Assembly: GCA_047495785.1 (NCBI GenBank)
Contig: JBLDXI010000003.1
Location: 1,860,001 to 1,924,000, forward strand
Source: Lepidodermella squamata
Taxonomy: Eukaryota; Animalia; Gastrotricha
Direction of reading: 5' to 3'
DNA length: 64,000 bases
Part shown: positions 46,589 through 59,629 of the stretch, one piece after another
How positions within the stretch are numbered: position 1 is the stretch's first letter
Layout of the letters: every line of letters begins with the position of its first letter
Translations under genes and position numbers: made by a program
The notes under the pieces: generated by a model
What the model was told of the DNA's origin: nothing
The model's database searches: none
What the model saw: only the letters and a program-made list of their open reading frames with translations

Positions 46589-49500
46589 AAGTTTATGAAC
46601 CGTGCCGTTTAGGGTTGACATAAGACCCAACATGTCTTCTTTCGAATGAACACACCATTAGCTCTCATATTGAAGTAAAAGAATGGATGTAAAAGTTCCA
46701 GCATTCTACAACTGACAGCTTGATTATTCTACCGAGCTGCAAGATAGCAAGGATAACTATCAGCCAAAGCGACAGGTTTATATATTACGGTAGTCCAAGG
46801 TCTCTAATCAATATTCGGCGAAGGCAATTTTGGCTCGAAAAGGTTACTGTGTGGAGCAGGGTCGGCTACCAAGTGCGCACATAATTATATGCACGTTGGT
46901 CGACTTCAACGCCAAGGAATCAGTCATGCGGAACATATACCAGTTGCACATCTGTCGCCCCAAGGTATTTAGAATCAATTCGGGCAACCTGGACCGCTGA
47001 AATCAAACCAATAAATCGATATTGGTCCTGCATAAGTAGAACTCGTTAATTAACCCCCAATAGCGCGAAGTACGGGTAATGGGAGATGCCCATGGACTAG
47101 GCGTAATAAGTGAACATTCAAGTTCAAAGAACTCAAACAACCATGATTTAAGGAAATCAGGATGAGGCCACCTTTTAGGTCAATCAAATCGAAAAAGATC
47201 CTCCTTAAAATGTCCCTTTTATGAGCTTGTGAGAATTGAAGTGAAATCTTCGCCGCTGCCGCCGGAATTTTGGCTACCTAGACATTTGACATCAGGTAAT
47301 GATATTTATATTGGTCACCTTTGATATCGGAAAATCACTGATTTATAAAATCGATACAATAAATCGATATTGGTCCTACGGGCTCAAGTAGAACTCGAAA
47401 AGTAGTCGCGAAATAGTAGAGGAGTCCATATCCTTAGCATAATGATAGAGAATTTAAATACAACCCATAGTCTTACATCCATAATTTGTGGAAATTAGAT
47501 GAAATTAGGATGCGCACTTATTTTAGGGTATAAAACCAAGGATCCTCCTTAATAAGCCCAATTATAAGGGTTTTTGAGAATTGGAGCCGAATCTCTGTCT
47601 TTTAATAAACTCAAAGCGTTCGATTTTCGAGACGTCAACAATTGGGCTAACTTCCTATTTTGTTTTGCCCTAGTGCCAGTTGACCCATATCGTCGGCGAA
47701 AAAGAAATATAATTAAAAACACACGAGTTTACCTGCTCATTTGGAACATACACATACACACGCACACAGACTACATTAATTTAGAATAATATAGTAATAT
47801 AAGAGCAATCAGATTTGTCATAAAAATACGCGACATCGTAGAAATGTCGAGGAAGAGCAGCTATTAAGAACGCAAACGGCCTAGCAGCAATTGATCTAGA
47901 CCGCAATTAGGCGAGTGCTCAGCTTTTATAATGCAATCGATCGGGCGCATCCATATCGGCCCACCGTCTCAACATCGGCGCACCTGTTGTGTATATGATA
48001 AAATTCAAAATTATTACGGCGAAAACTTGGCCGTAGCGAAAAAATTATCTCGAAAAATCATCCTGATCATACGCTACATCCTGGTTTTTTTTACTCATAA
48101 TATATACCAGTGAGAGGTGATGTTGAAAGAATAACAAAGGCTATTGTAATAAATAGCTGCCGTCGTTTTTCGTCGGCGAACGGATATCCGACGCGCATTT
48201 CCTAACGCCGGTGTCGATTATTGTGCTGATTAGTAAAAGGTACTCACTCACTCACTCACTGGTCTGCTTTTTGTGCATCAGCTAACAAATAGGTAATAGG
48301 TGATGTGCGCGCGCGCGGGTTGTAATAAATATATCTCAGCAGTCATCTTTCAGCTGAAAATTAGTGCGCGAAAAGTAATAATGTTTACGCGCCGCCGCTC
48401 TATTGTTAGTTATATTCGTAAAAGCGTGTTGAAATGTAAATACAAAAAAATGATAGAAGAAATTCGGAGCCACGGTGCTTATCTGACATTAAGATGGGTG
48501 AAAACAAAAACGGTCTAAACCCAAGTAAAGCCAAAATTACAAACGCACGGGAAATTTATTTCCGGAAATAAGTTCATTTAATTTGAGATTAAATAAAATT
48601 GCCGATGAATCGTCAATTTTTCCGAATCACCGTTAAAATCATAGGAGACTGAATATTGGCACAGAACATTATTTTGTTAAATTTTGGAAGCTTTTTAATT
48701 AGTCTCTTATGAAATTTTGTCTCCAGGATTTTTCAAATTTAACCTTTAAATTTAAGCTAAGTTTGGCCTGGTTTCACAGGGTTTCTTCCATTAGTAAGAT
48801 TGGTTGGGAAAATAGACAATCTAGGTTCTAGGTCAATCTGAATAAATTCCATTACAACCAAAAAAATTTCGTAAAAATAGTCCCCTTCTTCCTCAGAGTA
48901 ATAAAATCAAATGCGTGAATCCTCTATGCAAAATATTTTTTAAGGAGGAAAAAAATGGTAAAATAAAAATTCTGGCGAAAAATGAAAAATAATAATTTAC
49001 TGCTGATATGGAATCAAGATGGCTGGCTTTCAGGTGTACTTTAAGGCTATATACTTGGGTCAATTAGAAAAAAAACTGGGCGAATTAGTTCCGCCGTCTA
49101 GCTCTATTCTTTGCAGCTTAGTGATTAGCAAATTGATATTATAAACGGTCGTGTAAAAACCAGAGCTTAACACACAAAAAAACGAGACGCCTGGCTTCAT
49201 CGAATATGCGAGCCCACTAAAAGCGCGACGACCAATACAAGAAAATATTAATAGGTTCACTACTGTTGGCATGTTAGGCCACTACAACATCATAAAAGAA
49301 GCGATAAATAATAAATTCACAGGTGGCCACTTGCACTTGTACACGGGCGCCTTTTTTGTGTTGCATTGGCATATCGGCGTGAGTATTGAATAAAGGAAAC
49401 AAAAAATAATCAACTCATCATTTTATATATAGCGGCGGGAGAAAATCGCGCGAATTTTCTCGCAACGATATTATTAGGCGCCTTTTATTGTTTCAAAGGT

Positions 49501-51282
49501 GAACAATAATCAAAATCAATTACCTGCGCAGGGGCCGAATAAGAAAATGCAATCAATTTATTACACCCTGTGTGTGGCCCTATTACAGGCGACCAAACTC
49601 CCTAATGGGTCAAGTTCTCGCAAATAGAAAAAAACAACAAAAATAATGATAAATAAACGAAAAAAATAGCTATAAAATTTTGCAAAGGCATTTAGCAGCA
49701 TTTCTACCCAACTATATTATTTGGTTACTTGAGATGATGTTTACTTAAATAATACATATGAATGAAAGATGAATGCTGAATTCTGACGAGGAGGAGGAAA
49801 ATTGGTTTAGGAATGAGACCCTTGACTTGTTGTGGGGCTGTAAAACAATTAGGACTGGTATAGCAAAACAATAGCAGAAATACGCGCATGTGACCACCCG
49901 AGGCGGCCGTTTCGTTTCATGATCAAAACGAAATTACGACTTCACAGATGCCAGTGGGCATTTCTGCATAAAAAATAATTTGAACACCCAAAAATTGCAT
50001 GGACAATATTTTTTTTTACAAAAAAGGAAATTAATAGAAGAAAATGTAACTAACAAAAAATGCTAAACCATACTTGAACCTGGTAATTTTAGCAAAATAG
50101 CTACATAAAATATCCAGGCAAGACATCCGGTCGGATATCGACTCAATGTATTTAACGATTTATTCTATTTTAAAGTAAAAAAAATAGTATTCATGTTAAT
50201 TTTTGCTGCAATTATTTTTAAATTTCGAATAAAAGTTATCTAGGGCAAAGCAATTTTAAACCAGGGATTGTCGTTGTGATTTTGGCTTAAAATGTACTGC
50301 GCTGGTCTATGGGATTTCTCTAAGACAGATTGACATGCTACTGGGTGTGAGACTATACAACTTTTTCTTTCCGCCTGATAATTTTTTTCTCGAAAAAAAG
50401 CCGCGCAACAAATGATAATGATGAGTAACATTTTTGCATGGTAATTAGCCGGGCGTTAGGGCGACGCGTGGCGGCGCTACCAATACGGCTAATAATCAAC
50501 ATGCCGATGCGCGCACGAAGGCGCAAAAAAGCGAAGTGAGCGCGAAATCACGACGGCACCAACAGCGCACTGATAGAGTTGCAAAAACACCGCTTGTCAA
50601 GTGAAAAATGCGATTTATCACAATTTTTCATCAATACTTGTGTTATATATCAAACGAACGAGCGACGCCAGGTGATTCGATTGATACATGCCTCTAAGCA
50701 CGTGAATTTTGAAGCTTCCAGGTCATTTTTCACTTGATAGCGAGTTGGTGGGGTTGTATCGATGATCGTGCGCGCGCGTGTATTGCGAGATTTGCGCGCA
50801 TTCAGCTCGCTCACTGCCCGCACTGCTTGTTAATCGATGCTGCTGCGAAACAACAATGCTGATGACAATAATAATAGCAATAATATCGCCGCACTTTTTG
50901 ATGCGAGCGTGTCATTATAACAAAACCGCCTCATTTATTTATTATCACCAGTGTGTTATTCGTTAATTTTTCATCGCAGGACCGCGGCCGGGCTATTGTA
51001 AAACCAAGTTAGCGTTGAGCATTTGTGTCACAGTGTAAAGAGCTACTCCAATTTTTTCATGCAATTTTAGCAGATTTATATATTTTTGCCTGAAATAAAT
51101 CAGAAAATGGAAACCACCTGAGGGCCAATTTCCATTGATTTGAATATTTAATTACTATTTATTTTGATAAGAATCTGCCAACTATTTTTTCGTTACATAG
51201 CCGTAAAATTTTTAATTAAATTTTCAATATTTCAGAAAATTTCAAAAAATTGCAGAAAAATTGAGAAAAAAATGAGAAAAAT

Positions 51283-52195
51283 CGGTCGCCTGACATTTGA
51301 GTACCGCGACACTTGCGCCGCGACACTTGCGCCCCGACAATTGAGTACCGACATTTGCGCCCAGGTTTAACTTGCGCCCGACGACACTTGCGCCCATTTA
51401 TAAAAATAATACATTTATTTCAACTTGCGCCCAAGCTGGCGACACTTGCGTCCAAAAACACTTGCGCCCCGGACTCTAATGTCGCCCAAATTAAATGAAT
51501 AAATAGATAGAAACGGGGGAGGAGTGGAGGTTGGAAATGTGATGACAAATTTCCACTTTTGAATGCTATTTTGGGGTCGACAACTCGCAGACCCCAATCG
51601 CCTGTTATTTCCCCGATTTCCATTGAGGGGTAACACTAACGAAAACCGCTATGAAAGACTGCATAACTCAGAGGAAGTCGGGGAAATAACCAGCAATTGG
51701 GTTCTGCGAGTTGTGGGCCCCAAAATAGCATTCAAAAGTGGAAATTTTCAAGAAAAGTCATGAACAGCATTTTCTTCACCAGTTTTCTCTCACGAATCCG
51801 AAGCTGAATAGGTTCAAGTGATATTTACCCCACACTTAGATCTACCGACTGGTGAAAACCGCATCACTTTATTCCTCTTTGGTTCGGGAGCTGTTGAAAT
51901 GATGCGAGGCAAAAAATATCACGCAATCGTTTACAGTAACAGCGAGTAAATTCGGAATATAACTGGGCGCAAGTGTCACAGGATTACTGGGCGCAAATGT
52001 CGCGGGCTGAACTCAAGTGTCGCCGGGCGCATCTGTCGTGTGTGCAAATGTCGCCCCCTGAATATTTCAATTTGGGCGCAAATGTCGCGTACTGAAGTGT
52101 CGTTTTTAAAACGGGGCGCAAGTGTTTTTGGGCTCATTTGTCGGGGCGCAAGTGACGGGGCTTAAGTGTTGCGGTACTCAATTGTCGACACACCG
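51283..52195. mobile_element. Non-autonomous TIR element (CGG...CCG ends, 6-bp TSD aaaaat) with GACACTTGCGCC subterminal repeats and an internal ~72-bp inverted repeat
   Basis: cggtcgcctgacatttgagtaccgcgacactt versus the reverse complement of the right end cggtgtgtcgacaattgagtaccgcaacactt; internal arms ~51549-51621 and ~51672-51747. Confidence 0.8.
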
Positions 52196-52545
52196 AAAAA
52201 TCCTCCTTAAAATTATAAAAATTCCTTTTTTTTTCATTCGAAGGAGTTCATGCCGGACAAGGGGTTGATGATTCATCCATCCTACACATTCTGAACGCAG
52301 CTAATTTGCCAAGCGCCGTTAGCATATAAATAACTCACCTTAACGCCCCCATATAATAAAGGTTTGTCTTACCGCATAAATAACTAATATTGAACAAAAA
52401 AATGATTTCATAAGCACATGGCTAAAATAATATATAAACACCGGCTAATCATGCGTTGGCACCCCTGGGCGAAAAGAACAGGCCAAAAAATCCGCTATTA
52501 AAGATAATAAATCAGCGCATTTATTTATTTTCGTGTAAAAAAATA

Positions 52546-53868
52546 ATGTCTTTATACTTTTTCTTGGTTTTTGCACCCACCATCGCGTTAGCGGCTAACA
52601 GCGATTGGGCGGCAGTTGGCGGTGATTTCACACGATCCAGCCACAAATCTGGCACAATCGACCCGAAATTCAACACTTTTGACATCGCCTGGTCATACCA
52701 AGCCGGCTCGAATGGCGCCTCGGATTTGATTCCTTTGATTCACAAGTCGAAAGTCCTTACTCTATCGAAAACTGGCGATTTGTACATTATCGACGCGAAA
52801 AGTGGAGCTCTGAAGAAATCAGTCGCGCTGGGCAGTAAAGACATTCTAACATCGCATATCCTAGATCCGGACAATGAAATTTTATTCGTAGCTGATGCGC
52901 AGAATAACGTTTTTGCAGTCAATATAGCCGAGGGAAGTGAGGCCTTATCATGGACTGTAAAAACAACTTCGACCCCGGTTGATTTACTGCCGAATCCTTC
53001 GATAAAACGGCTTTACGTATCAACCCAAACTAAGATATTAGCCTACGACTATGTCGGGAATTTAGTCCCAGAATATGGGTCAACTTTCGAGGACGAAACT
53101 TTTGTGTTATCACTTCAGGACGAACATCGGCTTATTGCCCTATCGGATTTTTCCGATAAAGGAATCATTGAATTCGACGCGATTGGGACAGGAGAGACGA
53201 AATGGAGTCTTACAATCGCCGACCAAAGCCTCCAGCATTATGGCCCAGTTCTGGACAGAAAACTGGCGTTCGCTAGTTCTGGCCAGAAGGTCGTGGCTGT
53301 TGATATTGATAGCAAGGCCGTGAAATGGTCGTCGGATGCTACAGCCGAGCAATGCGCGGCCTCAACCCTAGCGACTGATAGTTCCTATGTCTACAAAATC
53401 TGTCAAAATTCTGTCTACAAATTCGATATAACGAATGGGAAATTGGCGAAATCGTTCAAAATCACGGATTCTGAGAAGGATTTGTTCATTATTTTGGACG
53501 ATTCGATTGTTCTGACTGTTTCGAAGGGCATTGATGTTTACGATAAATCAACTGGCGATAAGAAGATTGGGTATAGGAATAACAATTTGGCCCCGAAAAC
53601 TGATATGGTCTATTTTGATGGCATGTTTTACGGTGCAACTGCTGATAATAAGGTGTTTGCTCTGAAACCTGTTTACAAATTGGCTGAGACGACTACGGCG
53701 GCCATATCTGGGACAACTCAGGCCTCGACGAATGTCACCTCGGCCGGCAATGTAGCTGGCAATTCTACGACTGCGAAAACCTCGAAAAATGGAGCTCGTG
53801 AGCTGCACTGCGAATTTATTACGATGCCTTTGATTATTATTTCATGCGCTTACTCGCTGCTGAATTAA
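52546..53868 (+). CDS. Intronless PQQ/BamB-like beta-propeller with signal peptide, S/T stalk and GPI-like tail (440 aa)
   Basis: WAAVGGDFTRS; repeats LYIIDAKSG, VFAVN...W, VVAVD...VKW, YKFDITNG; hydrophobic C-terminus. Confidence 0.75.
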   Translation: MSLYFFLVFAPTIALAANSDWAAVGGDFTRSSHKSGTIDPKFNTFDIAWSYQAGSNGASDLIPLIHKSKVLTLSKTGDLYIIDAKSGALKKSVALGSKDILTSHILDPDNEILFVADAQNNVFAVNIAEGSEALSWTVKTTSTPVDLLPNPSIKRLYVSTQTKILAYDYVGNLVPEYGSTFEDETFVLSLQDEHRLIALSDFSDKGIIEFDAIGTGETKWSLTIADQSLQHYGPVLDRKLAFASSGQKVVAVDIDSKAVKWSSDATAEQCAASTLATDSSYVYKICQNSVYKFDITNGKLAKSFKITDSEKDLFIILDDSIVLTVSKGIDVYDKSTGDKKIGYRNNNLAPKTDMVYFDGMFYGATADNKVFALKPVYKLAETTTAAISGTTQASTNVTSAGNVAGNSTTAKTSKNGARELHCEFITMPLIIISCAYSLLN

Positions 53869-55019
53869 CTCTGGCGCCTATTATAACTTGGGATAATTTT
53901 TCTATAAAATTCGATTTGAAAATAAACAGATCATAAATTAATTCAAATAAATTAATTTCGTTCGTTCGATTGGCAAAACATGTTCTTGGGACATTTTTCT
54001 GAATTGCACACGAGAATAAGTGCAACGAGTATCACAACATTTCAATATTTAAATTTTTTTTGTTAATTTCACAAAACTCGATCAATGAGATTCCCTCCAT
54101 TTAAAGTTGAAGAAAAGTTGGAGACGTTTCTTAGTAAGAATGTCCCATAATTTCGGCTGCCTTTTTCAATCTTTAATGCTAATTTTTACACGCAATTTAT
54201 CCAGTTTTGTAATCTGGCCTTTTATTTCCGAATTCACCGAATTAATTTGGAATTTACGAGAGAAAACCCGGATAACACGATGGTAACCGGATCGATAATT
54301 TTGGCTCTTCGCCTCTCATTTTCTATTTTGAGACTTTCCTGTCCCGTTTTCCACGTACAAAATCGGAATATTTTAGCATAATTGTGCTAATCACAGCGTG
54401 TCCCACAAGTAACAAGTAACGCAAGCAAATATAAAACACATGGAAAAGGGTTCAGAAACTCTAGAATTAGAGACGAAGTGCATCTCATAGCTAGAAAAAA
54501 ACCGTTAGTAACATTTAGAAAATCACAGGAACAGTAGTCAAGTATGTCCCTTGTTAATGGGATTAAAAGCGTCCAGAGAAATTCGGTTCAACCGGGTAAA
54601 ATACCGAAATATACCGAACCAGTTATACCATCGGCGTTTTCTAGGGTTTCTGCGGTAAATTTTCATTCGTTCAGCTAAATTGAAAATTTATTCAGAAATA
54701 TGGGACATTCTCTTCGCAGATTCAATTTAAATTTTAAATAAAATTAATTGAATTTCCTGCTTTAACAGAGACATTTGTTAATGCTGAAAACATTTGAAAC
54801 CGACGGAATTATTATGAAAAAATAAGTAATAAGAATAAGAAAAAATAAGCAAGCTCGCGAGAAGTAGTGCCATAATTTATTTTTTCTTTGCAATCATTTA
54901 CTCATTTTTAAATTTTCAAGACCCAAAATATTTCACTGACTTCATAGTTCATAGTCTATCATTTTTATTAGCCGACGAGTGTAACGTTGGAGGGTTCCTC
55001 CATTCGAAAAAGTTCGAAA

Positions 55020-57802
55020 TTAATGGCGGCGGGCAGCAAAAATCATCGAACGATGACGAGAATCCAATTTGAGAACCACTTCCTGATTCCGACTACGATT
55101 CCGATTCCAATCCTGATTCCGAATCCGAGTAGTTATGATAGGCTCATAACGGACAACTGGAATCAGCGGTTCGGCCGGCTGATCGACGACAACTGGTTGA
55201 TTCACGATCCTCTGCGATCCTCTGGCTAGCTGATCGCGCAACAGTTGCAAAACGAACTCGCGGCTTTCATCCGTCATCAGCGCATCATCGTAGATCCAAA
55301 TCTTGCGATAGCCGAGTTTAAATTGGTGAGATAGCGCCGCTGCTTGGCGGACTTGCTCGCGTGATTGAAGTAGCAACTTGGCGTAACGGTTTCGCCCATC
55401 CGATTGTCCAGGGTCTGCGTAAACTTGAACTTCGATGACCTATAAAAATAGGTTTAATAATAAAATCAGAATTTATCGAAGGAATATATCCTATTCATCC
55501 ATCAGAACTCTCTAACCAATTTATTTTAATTTAATTTATTTTAATTTTTTCAATTTTTTTTAACGAAGCTTCATGCTAATTTTGAATTTAAGCTTTCTAA
55601 AAATCGATATCCTGAAAATTATTTTGATTTTAGAATCGATATGGAACATCGATATCGTGAAAATCTCCGATTGGAAAAATTGATAAGTATCGGAAATCCT
55701 TATATCAAAAATCTGTGATTTTAAAAATTGATAATGGAAATCGATATTGTGGAAATCTTTATTTTAGAATCGATATCGGAAAACGACATTTGCTCTCCAG
55801 TCTTCGGCCTTTTATCTAAAAATTAAGAAATAAAATTTTGGAAAAATCTAGAAACAACCGTAAAAAAAATTGTAAAGTGTTCCACATCTACTAGCCTGAA
55901 TAAAATTCAAAATTGTTGAATTTTGTCATTAAATTCGATTCTATTTATTTATTTATTTATTTATGAGCATTAATATCCAAGGGATGTAGGACAGCTCAGC
56001 TGAAAAAGAAGCATGATTAGTACAATTAGATTCGACGTGAAGAGGTCATTATGTAGATATCAACAAAGAAAGTTAGGAAATTAGGAAAAAGACAATGACA
56101 TGCATACCAGTATAAAAATATCGTATTTAGACTCAACAAGGAATTAGAAATTAATCATCAGTAACGGTATTTACAATTTCACCGCTTGCCTCGATGACGT
56201 CACAACCTTCCTCAGTGTTTGCAGTAGGTTCAGACAGTAAATAATGATAAGTTAGGTTCCGGCATTGATCCGCGCTGGTAGCTAAGCGAATTTCGTTCGG
56301 CAAGCCATTCCAGAACGTGGCGCCACGGTATCGAAGGCATCGCATCGAAGTATCGGTCTTCACGCGAGGGACAACCAGCAGGTTGTTCGATGCATTTATG
56401 TTGACTTGCCTCCTTGTGACCCCAGCGGTTTTCTCTTGCAGTTTGAAGAACTCGGCTAAGGCAGCCGGTGCTTCGCCATTGATGCAGCGCCATATCATGG
56501 TTGCCAGATGAACTTTCCTTTTACCATCAAGGTCTAGCCATTTTAGCTTTTTCCTCAGAGATTCGATGTCATCGTTTTCATTCGCATGACAAATTATGCG
56601 AATGGCTTTGTCCTGTCGTCGTTGAAGGCGCTCTAAGTTAGTTTTTGCCGCTTGGGCTAGGACGCTGTCACAGTACATTAGGTGACAGAAGATGACACCA
56701 TTAGCCATCAATTTGAGGGTTCTTCGATCAAGGAATTTTACCGCAAATTTTAGAGCAAAGAGACCACCCCTGGTTTTGTTACCCACATGTTTGAGCTGTT
56801 CAGTGTGCAATAGTTTGTTGTCAATAATATAGCCCAGGACTTTGAGCGATGTGGTGATTTCAACTCTCGTATTTTCGATTTTGATGGAGATTTCTGGGGG
56901 AGGTGCATCGGGATCAGTGGCTATGATTATCATCTGCGACTTTTTTCCATTGACTAGTAAGCTATTTGCTGCTAACCAGTCACTCAACCGGTTGATGTCG
57001 GATTGAAGGCGATCCTGAAGGCGTTCAACGTTTTTATCTGACAAGTAAATAGTGGTGTCATCTGCGAATTGAGCTATTTTCGAATATATTGGAATCGAAG
57101 CCATTTCATTTACGTAGATGGTAAATAGCAATGGCCCTAGGACACTGCCCTGTGGTACGCCGAATTCCACCTTAGCTTTACTTGAGCGACTTTGGTTAAT
57201 TTCTACATACTGGTAACGATCACTGAGATAGTTTTCGATCAACTGAATAGCTGCCAGTTCAAATCCTGCACTAGCCAAGGACCTATAGATGCCTTCATGA
57301 TGTAGCGAGTCAAAGGCCTTGCTCAAGTCAATAGCTACTGCTGCGACTGTTTCCCTTTTTTCGTGCGAAATGTGCCAGTCTTCGGTGAGTTTTGCAAGGC
57401 AGCTGTCTGTTGAATGGAATTTGCGGAACCCAAACTGTGTAGGCGACAAGAACCTTGTTTCCGGCTTATTCTAATGCGAGTCCAAATATGTCGCTTTCAA
57501 AAACTTGATAATAAATCGCCATGTACCTGAATGGGAGGTGACAGCTTGCCGAACGCCCTCGTCAATGCTGTTATGTATTCGTGCCTTTTCATTGCGTAGT
57601 CAAGGTTGGCGATGAAAATCACGTTATGAGCTTCTGATTCGGCTCTGCTTAAATCTGGGAGGCTTCTGGCCAATGAACGTTCAGTCTCACGTAAGTTTGA
57701 TTCTCGGATGGTAACAAGGTTGTATTTATCCAAGGTAAACGACGGCATTGATTTTACCAAGGACTTTGTCAAAACATCGTTCCAAGCTGTTAACTGCTGC
57801 AT
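55020..57802 (-). CDS. RRM protein resembling MARF1/limkain-b1 RRM2 (~231 aa; exons 57802-57527, 55439-55020)
   Basis: Phase-0 join: VIFIANLDYAMKRHEYITALTRAFGKLSPPIQ|VIEVQVY...YAKLLLQSREQVRQAAALSHQFKLGYRKIWIY. Confidence 0.6.
55600..55790. repeat. Degenerate AAATCGATAT-core repeat; related copies at ~22066-22115 and ~47325-47375
   Basis: Recurring atatcggaaa...gattt..aaaatcgata units. Confidence 0.5.
55943..57449 (-). mobile_element. 5'-truncated CR1/L2-group LINE with open RT ORF and (TAAA)n tail, intronic
   Basis: QFGFR, DLSKAFD, GVPQGSVLGPLLF, FADDT in an uninterrupted 432-codon frame; (TTTA)n at 55943-55963. Confidence 0.92.
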
Positions 57803-58678
57803 AGTCGTAACTTAAATCGAATTTCTACGTCGAGGTAATAAGAAATAAAATTGAAAATGACCCAACAGATATCCAATCATAGTAGGTTAAATCCTCGCAA
57901 AAATCTCTGAAAAAGAAGTAAAGCAGTTCGAAAGATTCTATCAAAGTTAAAAAATAATGAAATGAGTGATCACTCTTTTGAGTTTTGGGCGATTTTTTAG
58001 AGAATCGTCATTCATTGAAAGGAGAGTCGCGTGCCGTTTTCGAGCTCGTCGTTACAACTTACAATAAATTGATAACAAAAAAATGAAAATCTGATCGGTC
58101 GCAATTCCAATTAATTGTGAACTTTTCATCAAAAGAATGCAGAATAATCTTGGGCCGTCGATTAGTTCAATTAAACCCCTGAAAATCGAAACATTTATTC
58201 AGCATTCAGCTTTTCTGAAATCATCATAAAAGAAATTGGTACCTAATTAAAATACCTAGATGTAACCAAATTAAAATTCTACAAATTCTGATTTCGGACG
58301 ATTTCGGAATTTCGACTTTGAAAATCCGTAGAAAATTGAAATTTGATGAATTATTGATCGCCCTTTTGAGGAATATTGCTTTTCGATTTATAGTTAACAG
58401 TATAATTTATTTCAGCTGAATTAGGTTTCGTGGTCTGTCTTATAGGTTTCAGATTTTTAGTATTTTGAAATTGACAGTGCCGGCATTTGTATTCACTCAA
58501 AGTGTCACCTGAGAAGCTATGCTGGTTTACATAATTCTAGTCAGTATTAGCGTGAATTATTGCAAACTGACAACTAGTAAAAATGCTGTGAGAATAAAGC
58601 AACGCAAACGATTTCAATCAATGTTTATCACGGGGGTCTAATTTTTCTCTTTCACAGAGATTTTGGGTCCGTGTGGAT

Positions 58679-59005
58679 TCAAACCGGGTATACCACGATT
58701 TCTGCAACTGGGAGCAGCCCAGGGGTGGCCCGTCTCAGAATAACGTAACGTCCATAAGCTGGCTGCAGACAGAACATCTCATATGGTCGACTCGCATAGC
58801 GGTAATCGAATTCCATTAGGGGTAGGACGACGTCGCACAGCTGACTGGTTGCTGTAATATTGGTTAGGGAGCTTCCGACTCGCAGCTCGGTGTTTGTCAA
58901 ACTGTAGCCATAACGATCAGCTGCGACGTAGACTAACACCCTTGATACAACACTGGCCACTGGCCAAGCCCATATCGAAAGCTATCCACATTTCTGCTGA
59001 CGGAT
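58679..59005 (-). pseudogene. Isolated extra copy of the last exon of the giant lectin-like gene
   Basis: ASVVSRVLVYVAADRYGYSLTNTELRVG...EIVVYPV*. A 7-bp duplication (cactggc x2) shifts the frame; no preceding exons. Confidence 0.8.
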
Positions 59006-59629
59006 CTGTGAAAATGGGTAGTAAGACGAGGCCATTTGTATAAAGGTTGAGCATGCTAGGTTATGCATAATATCTGGGGTATACTGTGGACCCACGAAAC
59101 AGACGGACGAATGAACCCTTTTTTGCTGGCCTGACATGAGCGTAAAATTTCTTGGGAGTATTTCTTTTTCGTGAAGCCTTTTTCTTAGTGAAGCCAATCA
59201 GGTAAATTCAGATTTATGCAGATGGCTCAGATGATTTTTCAGCCGCATTATCTTCACAGGCCACTTGCATTGTGGGGTCATAGAGAAAAAAATGACCAGA
59301 GTAAGCACTCAAGCTAAAATATTGATCTCCATTATTATAGAAGTGCGTTCTCAAAACGGATCTCCGTTTTCTACCAAATTTTGCATGCCTATAGAACGCG
59401 AGCTGCGAGGTCATTTTTTCTCTATGTGTGGGGTATTGTGAAATCTATCGCGATTCTATTTTATTTTTAATCGGAGGGAATTGGTGACAACGTCATACTG
59501 CTAGGATGGATGCTACATCAAGTTACCGCAATTATTGCTAATTGTACATCACGGTGAAGTAATTATTAAAAAAATGACTTGTTTTGGTTTCACTGGGTTT
59601 GCGTTTCAGTTTTTTCGCTCTTATTGCAT

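Noticed and set aside
51290-51490. Spaced GACACTTGCGCC repeats resembling a CRISPR array
   Set aside because: Repeats are short, degenerate and irregularly spaced, and are mirrored at the other end of a TIR element. Eukaryotic context and no cas genes.
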